Shown here: in pieces, positions 39,026 to 48,877 of the stretch
Numbering within the stretch: the first letter of the stretch is position 1
Layout: the number at the start of each line of letters is the position of its first letter
Assembly: GCA_963657715.1 (NCBI GenBank)
Contig: CAVKML010000013.1
Coordinates: 2,572 to 66,571 of the forward strand
Direction: 5' to 3'
DNA length: 64,000 nt
DNA from: an uncultured bacterium
Lineage (GTDB): Bacteria > Bacteroidota > Bacteroidia > Bacteroidales > UBA932
Made by a program: the position numbers and the translations under genes
The notes under the pieces: generated by a model
Seen by the model: only the letters and a program-made list of their open reading frames with translations
What the model was told of the DNA's origin: nothing
Database searches by the model: none

Positions 39026-41146
39026 ATGGCTGCTAAAAGAGATCTTACTTACACAAGAAACATCGGCATCATGGCCCACATCGATGCCGGAAAGACGACT
39101 ACATCCGAGCGTATTCTGTACTACACCGGAAAGACTCACAAGATCGGTGAGGTACATGAAGGGGCTGCCACAATGGACTGGATGGTTCAGGAGCAGGAGA
39201 GAGGTATCACCATCACTTCCGCCGCCACCACAGCGTTCTGGCATTACAACGGTCATGTTTACCAGATCAACCTGATCGACACTCCGGGCCACGTTGACTT
39301 CACCGTTGAGGTGGAACGTTCGCTTCGTGTGCTTGACGGAACTGTCGCTACTTTCTGCGCCGTAGGACGCGTACAGCCTCAGTCTGAGACTGTTTGGCGT
39401 CAGGCCGACAAGTACGGAGTCCCGAAGATCGCATACGTGAACAAGATGGACCGTGTCGGCGCTGACTTCCTCGCATGCGTTGAGGAAATCTACACTAAGC
39501 TCGGTGCCAAGGCTGTTCCTCTCTGTCTCCCTATCGGGGCCGAGGACAAGTTTAAAGGCATCATCGACCTTATCTCCAGAAAGGCATATTACTATGACTC
39601 AGGAGAAGAATTGGTCAACTATGAAATAAAGGACGTTCCGGAGGATATGGCCGGAGATGTCGAGAAATGGAGAGACAAGCTCGTTGAGGCGGCCGCCGAA
39701 TGCGACGAGGCTCTCATGGAGAAGTATTTCGAGAATCCAGACTCCCTTACCGAGGATGAGATCATCGCGGCTCTCCGCAAGGGTACGATTTCTATGCAGA
39801 TCGTTCCTGCCTGCTGCGGTTCCTCATTCAAGAACAAGGGTGTTCAGTTCCTCCTTGACGCTGTGATGCGTTACCTTCCTTCTCCTCTTGACAAGGGTGT
39901 TGTGAAGGGTACCGATCCTAAGACCAATGAGGAAGAGGATCTTCTCCCTGACGCATCCCAGCCGTTCTGCGCTCTCGTGTTCAAGATCGCCACGGATCCG
40001 TTCGTCGGCCGTCTCGCCTTCATGAGGGTATATTCAGGACGAGTTGACGCCGGTTCATACGTTTACAACGTCCGCACCGGAAAGAAGGAAAGAATCGCGC
40101 GTCTGTACCAGATGCACTCCAACCACCAGAATCCTATTGATTTCGTGGAGGCCGGAGACATCTGCGCCGCCGTCGGATTCAAGGATCTCCGTACCGGAGA
40201 CACCATCTGCAACGAGGATCATCAGATCGTGCTCGAATCAATGGAATTCCCTGATCCTGTTATCGGTATCGCTGTCGAGCCTAAGACCCAGGGCGACCTG
40301 GACAAGCTTGGCATCGCTCTTGGCAAGCTCGCCGAGGAGGACCCTACATTCACCGTAAGGTCTGACCACGAGACCGGCCAGACAGTCATCAGCGGAATGG
40401 GTGAGCTTCACCTTGACATCATCGTGGACCGTCTCCGTCGTGAGTTCGGTGTCGAGATCAATCAGGGTGCGCCACAGGTTAACTACAAAGAGGCTATCAC
40501 CGCTACAGTGCAGCACCGTGAGGTCTTCAAGAAACAGACCGGTGGTCGTGGTAAGTTCGCCGACATCATCGTTGAGATCGGTCCAGCCGACGAGGGCGTT
40601 ACAGGTCTTCAGTTCGACAACCAGGTCAAGGGTGGTAATATTCCTAAGGAATTCATCCCTTGCATCGAGAAAGGCTTCAAGTCAGCTATGGCCAACGGCG
40701 TTCTCGCTGGTTACGAGGTTCAGTCTATGAAGGTTACAGTACTCGATGGTTCTTACCACCCAGTCGATTCAGACCAGCTTTCATTCGAAATGGCCGGCCG
40801 TCTGGCATTCCGCCACGCCTGCCCGAAGGCAAAGCCTGTTCTCCTTGAGCCTATCATGTCCCTTGAGGTTGTTACCCCAGAGGACTACATGGGTGACATC
40901 GTGGGTGACCTCAACCGTCGCCGCGGCCAGATCCAGGCTATGGATTCCACCGCGAACGGCGCGAGAATCGTAAGGGCTTTCGTTCCGCTCGCCGAGCAGT
41001 TCGGTTATGTGACGGTTCTTAGAACCCTCTCATCCGGACGCGCGACCAGCACGATGACTTTCGACCACTATGCTGAGGTTCCTGCCAACTTGGCCAAGGA
41101 CGTTATCGAGAAGAGCGGTTACAAGCTCTCTGATGACGACGAGTAA
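39026..41146 (+). CDS. fusA: Elongation factor G
   Basis: [38 protein letters not shown]. Confidence 0.99.
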   Translation: MAAKRDLTYTRNIGIMAHIDAGKTTTSERILYYTGKTHKIGEVHEGAATMDWMVQEQERGITITSAATTAFWHYNGHVYQINLIDTPGHVDFTVEVERSLRVLDGTVATFCAVGRVQPQSETVWRQADKYGVPKIAYVNKMDRVGADFLACVEEIYTKLGAKAVPLCLPIGAEDKFKGIIDLISRKAYYYDSGEELVNYEIKDVPEDMAGDVEKWRDKLVEAAAECDEALMEKYFENPDSLTEDEIIAALRKGTISMQIVPACCGSSFKNKGVQFLLDAVMRYLPSPLDKGVVKGTDPKTNEEEDLLPDASQPFCALVFKIATDPFVGRLAFMRVYSGRVDAGSYVYNVRTGKKERIARLYQMHSNHQNPIDFVEAGDICAAVGFKDLRTGDTICNEDHQIVLESMEFPDPVIGIAVEPKTQGDLDKLGIALGKLAEEDPTFTVRSDHETGQTVISGMGELHLDIIVDRLRREFGVEINQGAPQVNYKEAITATVQHREVFKKQTGGRGKFADIIVEIGPADEGVTGLQFDNQVKGGNIPKEFIPCIEKGFKSAMANGVLAGYEVQSMKVTVLDGSYHPVDSDQLSFEMAGRLAFRHACPKAKPVLLEPIMSLEVVTPEDYMGDIVGDLNRRRGQIQAMDSTANGARIVRAFVPLAEQFGYVTVLRTLSSGRATSTMTFDHYAEVPANLAKDVIEKSGYKLSDDDE

Positions 41147-41174
41147 GTGTTAAATCGTAATTAAGTATTTTGAT

Positions 41175-41480
41175 ATGAGTCAAAAAATCAGAATAAAACT
41201 CAAATCATTCGATCACATGCTGGTTGACAAGTCAGCCGCTAAGATCGTGGACACCGTGAAGGCTACTGGTGCTAAGGTGAACGGTCCTATTCCGCTCCCT
41301 ACCAACAAGAAGATCTTCACTGTCAATCGCTCGACCTTCGTCAACAAGAAGTCCCGCGAGCAGTTTGAGCTTAGCGCCTACAGCAGGCTTCTTGACATCG
41401 ACGACAGCAATGCAAAGACTGTTGACGCCCTGATGAAGCTTGAACTTCCTTCCGGCGTTGAGGTTGAGATCAAAGTCTGA
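41175..41480 (+). CDS. rpsJ: 30S ribosomal protein S10
   Basis: [34 protein letters not shown]. Confidence 0.99.
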   Translation: MSQKIRIKLKSFDHMLVDKSAAKIVDTVKATGAKVNGPIPLPTNKKIFTVNRSTFVNKKSREQFELSAYSRLLDIDDSNAKTVDALMKLELPSGVEVEIKV

Positions 41481-41558
41481 TAATTCAGATTGAGGACGGA
41501 GCGGCCTCAGAGGTCGCGTCCGTTCAAGTAATATGCCCGGCCGTCAAGGTCGGGAACT

Positions 41559-41632
41559 GGTCCCATAGCTCAGTTGGTTAGAGCATCTGACTCATAATCA
41601 GGGGGTCGTAGGATCATGCCCTACTGGGACCA
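41559..41632 (+). tRNA. tRNA with CAT anticodon, probably tRNA-Ile2 (lysidine) rather than Met
   Basis: Acceptor GGTCCCA/TGGGACC, D arm GCTC/GAGC, anticodon loop CT-CAT-AA, T stem GTAGG/CCTAC; C4-G69 and C5-G68 pairs; CCA not encoded. Confidence 0.9.
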
Positions 41633-41677
41633 CAAAGAGAAGAGACGCAAATTTTGCGTCTCTTCTCTTTGTGGTCC
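41627..41677. repeat. Perfect 25-bp-arm palindrome overlapping the tRNA 3' end
   Basis: ggaccacaaagagaagagacgcaaa-t-tttgcgtctcttctctttgtggtcc. Confidence 0.9.
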
Positions 41678-42057
41678 AAATCCAACCCCCGGTCACTGCG
41701 TGACAGCCCTGGAGGGGCATTGGGAGCGGTCTCCCCAAACCCCTTGCGTCGCTTCGCTCCGAGGGTGTGGATGCTCCCTTTACCGATGTCGCTGAGAATT
41801 TACGAAACGCCTTCATCTCAAAGTCCGACAGGATTGCTTGGAAAGCATATTCCCGTGAAAATCTTGCACAATTGTCTTTGAGTTTTTCAGGTAGATCTGG
41901 CTTCTGTCGGTGCAGGCTCGATATAGGGCTGAAAGCCTTTTGTAAGATTCTTACCGTCACCTGCTTCCTTAGTGCTGTTCGTCCGGTGGATTGCGATTTG
42001 GCCGGACAAAGTAGATGATTTCTGCATTTCGTCCGGCCAACAGGGCTTTCTTCGGAC

Positions 42058-42091
42058 AAAAAAAGTGGCCATCATGTGCGGCCACCTTTTT
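42058..42091 (-). terminator. Probable rnr terminator
   Basis: gtggcc/ggccac stem between A and T runs downstream of the rnr stop. Confidence 0.55.
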
Positions 42092-42122
42092 GAGATTGCT
42101 ATGTACTAAACCAACCAAAGAA

Positions 42123-44411
42123 TTATCTGGCTTTCTTCTTTTCGCCCCTGGAGGATTTCGGACCGAACTTCTTGCGGGGACGGCCTTTGTCTTTGGAGGA
42201 TTTGCGCTGCGACTGGTTGTCGGTGTGCGCCACGGCGGCGTAGAAAGGCTTTTTCTTGGCCTTGCCGTCAGCGGAACCATTGCCGAAACCGTCATTGGAT
42301 GAGCCATTATCAATGCTGGCATCGATCAACTCGTAGTCCAGAAGCCTCTGCTCCAGATTGGCGGCCTTGACACGGATCTTGACCGGATCTCCGAGACGGA
42401 AAACCTTGCCGGTGCGGCGGCCGCGGATGAGGTAGTTCTGCTCGTCGAACTCGAAGAAGTCGGACTTCACGTCGCGAAGGGCGACCATTCCCTCGATCAT
42501 CGTCGGCTTGATCTCCACGTACATTCCCCATTCGGTCAGGCCGGAGATATTACCTTCATATTCATTGCCTATCTTGTCCTGCATGAACTCGATGAGCTTG
42601 TACTTGATGCTGTCGCGCTCGGCGTTTGCCGCGATCTGCTCGCGCTCGGAGGCGTGCTGGCACTGGGCTTCGTAATATTCCTTGTTCTGGCTCTCCGCAT
42701 TGTCGAGGTAGAGGGCCAACAGCCTGTGTACCATTGTGTCAGGGTAACGGCGGATAGGGGAAGTGAAGTGCGTGTAGAACTTGAAGGCGAGACCGTAGTG
42801 ACCGATGTTTTCGGTTGTGTAAACCGCCTTGGCCATGGAACGCAGGGCGATCATCTGGAACGCGTCGCACTCCGGTGTGCCCTTCGCTTCGGACAAGAGA
42901 GTGTTGATCGACTTGGCGATCTCGCGTCCGTTGCCGCTCGGCCCGAACTGGAATCCGAAGTTGCTGACGAACTGCCCGAGGCTTGCGATCTTCTCGGTGT
43001 TCGGCTCGCCGTGCACACGATAGATGAACGTCTTGGCCTTCTTGTCGGCCTTGCCGTCCATCTTGCCGGAAGTGGCGATGAACTCTGCCACGGAACGATT
43101 GGCGAGAAGCATGAACTCCTCGATCAGCCAGTTCGCCTCCTTGGTGATCTTCTCGTAAACCCTTATCGGCTTGCCTGTCGCATCGACCTCGACTTTCATC
43201 TCCGGCCGCTCGAAACTGATGGCTCCAGCGGCGAAACGACGCTTGCGCAGGATGGCCGCCAACTTGTTGAGAGTCACGATGGCCTCTCTGATGTCCTGAC
43301 CGATTGCCGGATCCGAAGGCTCCTTGCCGTTGCTCTCTATGATCTGTTGCGCTCCGTCGTAGTCGAAACGGTAGTCGGAGCAAATGGCCGTGCGGCCGAA
43401 CCAACGGTTCTCGATCTTTCCTCGCGGTGTCATCTCCACGACAACCGAGAACGTCAGTTTCTCTTCGTGCGGACGGAGAGAGCAGAGTTTGTTGCAAAGT
43501 TTCTCCGGGAGCATTGGGACGGTCCTGTCAACCAGATAGACTGACGTACCGCGTTCCTGAGCCTCCTTGTCCACAATCGTGCCAGGTGTCACATAGTAGG
43601 AAACATCTGCTATGTGAACTCCTATCTCATAGTTGCCGTTTTGCAATTTCTTGAAAGACAGCGCGTCATCGAAATCCTTCGCGTCTGTTGGGTCTATCGT
43701 GAATGTCAAGGTGTCCCTGAAGTCCCGGCGTCCCTTCAGATCTTTCTCGGTGATCTTGTCTGAAATCTGATCCGCTGCGTTCTCGACCTCCGGCTCGAAC
43801 CTGTATGGCAGGGCATATTCAGCGAGGATGGCGTGCATCTCCGTGTCGTTCTCGCCCGGCATTCCAAGCACATCCACGATGTGGCCTTTAGGTGTAGGCT
43901 CGCCCTTGTCCCATCCGTCGACCAGAGCCGCCACTTTCATGCCTCTTTTCGCACCCTCTGGAAGGGTGTCGAAATCTATGCTGATGTCGTACGGCATATT
44001 CCTGGACTGCATCAGCACCCAAGCCTGCCTTCCGACAATGTGTAGCACGCCGACGAACGGTTTGTGGCTGCGTTCCACAATCTCTATGATCTCTCCCTCA
44101 CGGCGTCGGGCTGCATCCCTGCGTCCGCGTCCACCTTTGCCCGCGTCGGAGGAAGCCTCCTTTTTCTCACTGGTCACCGCGCATCTCACGATGTCCCCGT
44201 TCAGCGCGCCACGTGTCTTGGACGCCTTGACGAACACATCGTTATCCGGCTCGCCCTCAACGATTACGAAGACATAGCCGTCCCTTGTCATTTGAACCTT
44301 TCCGGTAACCTCCTCCAGCACTCTTTTCGTCTTCTGTCTGGAACCGAATTTCCTGTCGCGGCTCTTCCTGCCGCCCTTCTCGCCACCTTGGCGATTTCTT
44401 CTTTTCTGCAT
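42123..44411 (-). CDS. rnr: Ribonuclease R
   Basis: TIDP.DAKDFDDA, VHIADV, YTHFTSPIRRYPD, C-terminal S1 domain, basic tails. Confidence 0.97.
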   Translation of the reverse strand: MQKRRNRQGGEKGGRKSRDRKFGSRQKTKRVLEEVTGKVQMTRDGYVFVIVEGEPDNDVFVKASKTRGALNGDIVRCAVTSEKKEASSDAGKGGRGRRDAARRREGEIIEIVERSHKPFVGVLHIVGRQAWVLMQSRNMPYDISIDFDTLPEGAKRGMKVAALVDGWDKGEPTPKGHIVDVLGMPGENDTEMHAILAEYALPYRFEPEVENAADQISDKITEKDLKGRRDFRDTLTFTIDPTDAKDFDDALSFKKLQNGNYEIGVHIADVSYYVTPGTIVDKEAQERGTSVYLVDRTVPMLPEKLCNKLCSLRPHEEKLTFSVVVEMTPRGKIENRWFGRTAICSDYRFDYDGAQQIIESNGKEPSDPAIGQDIREAIVTLNKLAAILRKRRFAAGAISFERPEMKVEVDATGKPIRVYEKITKEANWLIEEFMLLANRSVAEFIATSGKMDGKADKKAKTFIYRVHGEPNTEKIASLGQFVSNFGFQFGPSGNGREIAKSINTLLSEAKGTPECDAFQMIALRSMAKAVYTTENIGHYGLAFKFYTHFTSPIRRYPDTMVHRLLALYLDNAESQNKEYYEAQCQHASEREQIAANAERDSIKYKLIEFMQDKIGNEYEGNISGLTEWGMYVEIKPTMIEGMVALRDVKSDFFEFDEQNYLIRGRRTGKVFRLGDPVKIRVKAANLEQRLLDYELIDASIDNGSSNDGFGNGSADGKAKKKPFYAAVAHTDNQSQRKSSKDKGRPRKKFGPKSSRGEKKKAR

Positions 44412-44705
44412 AAATTACTTCAACTCTCGCAAGTAGGCAACTACCCGCTGTAAACAACCTTGTCTCACGTTCGAAGGTGATTGCCCACCCACATCAAATC
44501 ACGTTACCCCCTACCCTAAATCCCTCCCCTCGGGGGAGGGACTTGCCTTCACCACATGTGGTGAAGAATAAAGTATCTCACAAAGGTACGAATTTTCCTT
44601 GCAAACGGTGAGCCTTAAAGGCAGATAATGATTATCTTTGCAACGAAAAGCCTTGATTTTTTGAATATTCAAGGCTGGCGCGACAATAATTAAAAACACA
44701 CGAAT

Positions 44706-45815
44706 ATGTCTGACATAAGAAACGACAGCAGGATCGTCATGACCCTCGACGCCGGAGGCACCAACATGGTCTTCGGCGCTATGAAAGGTGGTGAGTTCTG
44801 CTGCGAACCAATCACACTTCCGTCCAACGCTGACAATCTCGACCGCTGTCTCGGCACGATGGTCAAGGGTTTCACCAAGATCAAAGAGGAACTTGGTGAG
44901 GAGAAACCGGTGGCGATCAGCTTCTGTTTCCCCGGCCCGGCCGACTATCCGGACGGAATCATCGGAGGCTACCTCCCTAACTTCCCGTCTTTCAGGGACG
45001 GCGTCGCTCTCGGACCGTTCCTTGAGGACACATTCGGGATTCCGGTCTTCATCAACAACGACGGTGACCTTTACGCCTACGGAGAGGCCCTTGGGGGTGC
45101 GCTCCCGGAGGTCAACGAAAGACTTGCCAATGCCGGCAGCGCCAAGCGTTACCACAACCTCATCGGCTACACTTTCGGCACAGGTCTTGGAATAGGCACG
45201 GTCATCAACGGTGAGCTCAACCGTGGCGACAACTCCTGCGTCGAAACTTTCTGCCTCAAGCATCCTGACATGCCGGACATCATCGTTGAGGACGGAGCGT
45301 CGATCCGCGCCGTGAAAAGAGTTTACGGCGAGCTGACCGGCAATCCGGATCATGGACTTGAACCGAAGGACATCGCCGAGATCTGTGAGGGCAAGAGGCC
45401 AGGCGACCGTGAGGCGGCTATCAAGGCCTTCGACAAGATGGGCGAGGTCGCCGGAGATGCGATGGCGACAGCCGTCACCCTGATCGATGGCCTGATCGTG
45501 ATCGGAGGCGGTGTGATGAATAACTACAAGTACCTGATGCCTGGAATATTACGCACCATGCGCGGCAAAATGCACCAACTCACCGGTGAGGAGCTCAACC
45601 GTGTTCAGATGAAGGTCTATAATCTCGATGACCCGGCCGAGTTCGATCAGTTCGCCCGTGGCGAGGCACGTTCCTTGAAAGTCTATGGCAGCGACCGTGA
45701 GGTGATTTACGATCCGCAGAAGCGTGTCGGCGTGATGCGTTCGAAGATCGGCGCCAGCAAAGCAATCTCGCTCGGTGCCTACGCGTTCGCCCTTACGGAG
45801 TTGGATAAGAAATAG
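44706..45815 (+). CDS. ROK family sugar kinase
   Basis: LDAGGTN, FPGP, INNDG...A.GE, TFGTGLG; promoter box TATCTTTG at 44633. Confidence 0.9.
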   Translation: MSDIRNDSRIVMTLDAGGTNMVFGAMKGGEFCCEPITLPSNADNLDRCLGTMVKGFTKIKEELGEEKPVAISFCFPGPADYPDGIIGGYLPNFPSFRDGVALGPFLEDTFGIPVFINNDGDLYAYGEALGGALPEVNERLANAGSAKRYHNLIGYTFGTGLGIGTVINGELNRGDNSCVETFCLKHPDMPDIIVEDGASIRAVKRVYGELTGNPDHGLEPKDIAEICEGKRPGDREAAIKAFDKMGEVAGDAMATAVTLIDGLIVIGGGVMNNYKYLMPGILRTMRGKMHQLTGEELNRVQMKVYNLDDPAEFDQFARGEARSLKVYGSDREVIYDPQKRVGVMRSKIGASKAISLGAYAFALTELDKK

Positions 45816-45835
45816 TTATAAAGGACTTAACGAAT

Positions 45836-46822
45836 ATGTACCCTCTGAAATTTGAGCCCTATCTCCGTGAGATGGTGTGGGGCGGAGAAAAGATCGCCCC
45901 GTTCAAGGGCATAAAGACAAAACAGCACAAGATCGGCGAAAGCTGGGAGATTTCGGCAGTGCCAGGTCATGTCTCAACCATCGCCAACGGCCCTCTCGCC
46001 GGCAAGAGCCTGACCGATGTGATGAATGAATATGGTCCCGAACTCGTCGGCAAGAAGGTCTTCGCCAAGACCGGCACGGAGTTCCCGCTCCTGATCAAGT
46101 TCATCGACGCAAAGAGCGACCTGTCGATCCAGGTGCACCCGAACGACGAGCTTGCCGAGAAGACTCATCCTGGGATGAAAGGCAAGACCGAAATGTGGTA
46201 TGTCGTTGGAGCGGACGAGGGAGCCCACCTGCTGAGCGGCCTCACCGAGTGGATCACTCCTGATGAATATGAGGAGCGTGTCAACGAGCACACCATCACT
46301 GACGTGCTTGCCAGTTACAGTATCAAGCCCGGTGACGTGTTCTTCCTCCCTGCCGGCCGCATCCACGCCATCGGCGCCGGAGCCTTCGTCGCCGAGATCC
46401 AGCAGACCTCTGACCTGACCTACAGGATTTACGATTATGGCCGCCTGGGTCTTGACGGCAAGCCTCGCGAGCTCCACATCGAGCAGGCCAAGGAAGCCAT
46501 CGACTACGATGTCTATCCGGACTACAGGACCGAATATACCCGTGTGAAGGATGTGGAGACCGAACTGGTGAGCTGCAAGTATTTCACCACCTCGCTCTTC
46601 GACCTCGACAAGCCTTGCTCCAAAGATCTTTCAAAACTGGATTCTTTTGTCGTCGTGATGTGCGTCGCCGGAAAAGGTAGTCTCGTTGACCGTGAGAATG
46701 ATGGTCAGGAACACGTCGTCTCCCTCCGTCAAGGCGAGACCGTCCTCATCCCCGCCACCGCCACCGCCATCGAGTTCCGTCCCGCCACTGCGATGACCTG
46801 CCTCACCAGCTGCATCGAGTAA
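45836..46822 (+). CDS. manA: Class I mannose-6-phosphate isomerase
   Basis: VWGG, GESWE, PLLIKFIDA..DLSIQVHP, KTEMWY, PAG.IHA, EIQQ.SD.TYR. Confidence 0.92.
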   Translation: MYPLKFEPYLREMVWGGEKIAPFKGIKTKQHKIGESWEISAVPGHVSTIANGPLAGKSLTDVMNEYGPELVGKKVFAKTGTEFPLLIKFIDAKSDLSIQVHPNDELAEKTHPGMKGKTEMWYVVGADEGAHLLSGLTEWITPDEYEERVNEHTITDVLASYSIKPGDVFFLPAGRIHAIGAGAFVAEIQQTSDLTYRIYDYGRLGLDGKPRELHIEQAKEAIDYDVYPDYRTEYTRVKDVETELVSCKYFTTSLFDLDKPCSKDLSKLDSFVVVMCVAGKGSLVDRENDGQEHVVSLRQGETVLIPATATAIEFRPATAMTCLTSCIE

Positions 46823-46833
46823 ACTCACGGTGT

Positions 46834-46902
46834 CATTTTAATGCAATATTGCTCCCGTAGCGGTTATTTCAGTCACCGACGGGAGCATTGTTATGCAAAA
46901 AT
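46834..46902 (+). terminator. Long hairpin after manA
   Basis: tgctcccgt/acgggagca core with extended imperfect arms. Confidence 0.5.
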
Positions 46903-46999
46903 GCTCTCGTTGAATTACATAGCGTCGCTACGATTAATAATAATCAATAATGAAAGATTATACTTGACAATCCGAAAAATTTCCTTACATTTGTAGCGG

Positions 47000-47068
47000 T
47001 AATAAATTATTGAAAGAAGAAAGTAAAAGTAAGCATCTTTTCCCTAAAAGGGATGCTTGCTTTTTTTG
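47000..47068 (+). ncRNA. Candidate ~70-nt small RNA or attenuated leader
   Basis: -7 box TACATTTG (46986-46993) followed by stem aaagtaagcatc/gatgcttgcttt and a T run; no ORF. Confidence 0.45.
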
Positions 47069-47146
47069 TTTTTATTGTCATCTACCGAGGGGGTACTACA
47101 AACAAGGACGGTTGTTCTCTCATCTTCTTTCATATAGTTTATAACC

Positions 47147-47278
47147 ATGAGAACAAGCCAACATCTTGTGATAGTCGCCATTGAGGTGGAGATTATCAGA
47201 CTTGTCCGGGTGCGCTCCTACAGGCGGGTACGTTTCGGCAAGGTTGAGAGAGTGCGCAGCCACTACAGACGTTATTAG
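47147..47278 (+). CDS. 43-aa Arg-rich small protein (below the ORF-track cutoff)
   Basis: MRTSQHLVIVAIEVEIIRLVRVRSYRRVRFGKVERVRSHYRRY; AT-rich region before ATG; internal VRSY.R / VRSHYR repeat. Confidence 0.6.
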   Translation: MRTSQHLVIVAIEVEIIRLVRVRSYRRVRFGKVERVRSHYRRY

Positions 47279-47341
47279 GGTGATTTCTGTAGTCAGTCAT
47301 CACTCTGAGCCGTAAGGCTCTCCGCTTCACCCCTCGGTTTT

Positions 47342-47626
47342 TTATATATCAAGATTTCCTTTGTACGCAGATTGCCCAGTATCTGTATTGGTGGTGTAAA
47401 ACATTGTTATCAAGATAGTTGTCAAGTAATCCTTGACAACTGAATTTTTATCTAATTCGCGTTCTTTGAATATGTTGTTAGTATGTAAACTAATGTTTTG
47501 CTTAGTCGTTTGGAAAAGTTGTGCCATCTGCATTTGAGTAAGCCATACTGTTTCGTCTTCCAAATGCACCTCCAATTTTACCTCATTGTCTGGTTGGTAA
47601 AGTACGATTTCACCTTGGTTGTTCAT
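47342..47626 (-). pseudogene. Truncated RhuM-family (virulence RhuM / death-on-curing-associated) gene
   Basis: GEIVLYQ...LEV.LEDETVWLTQ.QMA.LF....NIS.H..NIF.E.EL; similarity ends after YLTT, YNLD.IISVGYRV block missing. Confidence 0.8.
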
Positions 47627-47755
47627 GTCTTGGTCAATGTTAATGATTTACAAGATACAAAAATTTTCTGCTTTTATGGAATTTTGTCTAAATTTAGAAA
47701 GAAAATATCAGCCGCATGCTTTCAGTGATGGAATAATGAACAGATAGACACTACT

Positions 47756-48877
47756 ATGGACATTGATCTATACAGATACTCTTTATGTATTGCTTTGACC
47801 CTGATGGTTTTCTTTGCCTACAGGTTCTTCTTCGGGAAGGTCCCGGACAAGGTGATATTCGACAATTATCTGCGTTCAAGGCATTTAATGGGAGCGGCGC
47901 TATTGGTGTTGGCGGCAAATTATGCCGTCCATCTGTGCATTGACTTAAGACATATTAATGTCAATGCCGCCATTGTGATGAATCTTTCCACGTACTTCTT
48001 CAGTTATGGCTTGTTCGTCGCGGCTCTGCACACGCTTCTGAACCGCTCCTTCATAAGCCGGAGGATAGTCGCAAGGCATTGCCTTTTATGGCTCTTATAT
48101 GCCATCCTGTCCATTTCAATACTTGTCTTCGCAAAAGATGGTTCGTTTAAGATAGGTATGATATATCTGTTAGGCTTGATGCTTGCCGCGTATGGATTCA
48201 TCTTGGCCTCCCACCTTCTCAGGGCATATCATAGAGCGGTCAAAATGATGGACAACACGCATTCTGACAATATCTCGACCTATGTAAGATGGATGTCGGT
48301 CCTGACATACTGGATGCTGATTTTCGGCATCAGTTGTTCGGCTTTGACCTTCCTTCCTGACAATCTGGTCTATCTGTGGGTGTTATCTTCCGTTCCTTTC
48401 TATGGTTACCTGTATGTAAGTTACCAGAATTACCTGCTTTTTTATGAAGCTGTCGAAAATGCTATCGAAAGCGACCAGGAGCCTGAAGTCCCTACTGCGG
48501 AGGCAGTGTCCTGTAATTCGGAAATCCGGCGCCTTGTGCAGGAATGGTTGGAGACAGATGGCTACCTGAAACCAGGGCTTACGATCTCGGATCTGTCCAA
48601 AACATTGTACACAAACAGGACATACCTTTCTTCTTTCATCAATCAGACATACCAGAAGACTTTCCGGGAATGGATTTGCGGATTGAGAATTGATTACGCG
48701 AAACGTGGATTGCTGGAACATCCTGATCTGACCATCGCTGAAATCGCCAGGGAATCCGGGTTCCTTTCTTTGAGCAATTTCAATTCTTCTTTCAAGGAGA
48801 AAGAAGGCATGACTCCCGCAAAATGGAAAATAAGCAAGTTGTCGGTTCGGCAAAAAAATGCTGATTTGGCAAAATAG
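47756..48877 (+). CDS. Membrane-integral AraC family regulator
   Basis: About 7 hydrophobic segments, then LTI.DLS..LYTNRTYLS..IN...F.EWI..LRI..AK and SGF.S.S.F...FK..G.TP. Confidence 0.92.
   Translation: MDIDLYRYSLCIALTLMVFFAYRFFFGKVPDKVIFDNYLRSRHLMGAALLVLAANYAVHLCIDLRHINVNAAIVMNLSTYFFSYGLFVAALHTLLNRSFISRRIVARHCLLWLLYAILSISILVFAKDGSFKIGMIYLLGLMLAAYGFILASHLLRAYHRAVKMMDNTHSDNISTYVRWMSVLTYWMLIFGISCSALTFLPDNLVYLWVLSSVPFYGYLYVSYQNYLLFYEAVENAIESDQEPEVPTAEAVSCNSEIRRLVQEWLETDGYLKPGLTISDLSKTLYTNRTYLSSFINQTYQKTFREWICGLRIDYAKRGLLEHPDLTIAEIARESGFLSLSNFNSSFKEKEGMTPAKWKISKLSVRQKNADLAK

Noticed and set aside
41146..41175. No tuf after fusA
   Set aside because: Normal arrangement in Bacteroidetes
41598..42322. 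Several 60-150 aa ORFs after the tRNA
   Set aside because: They overlap the tRNA, palindromes or rnr and show no protein-like motifs
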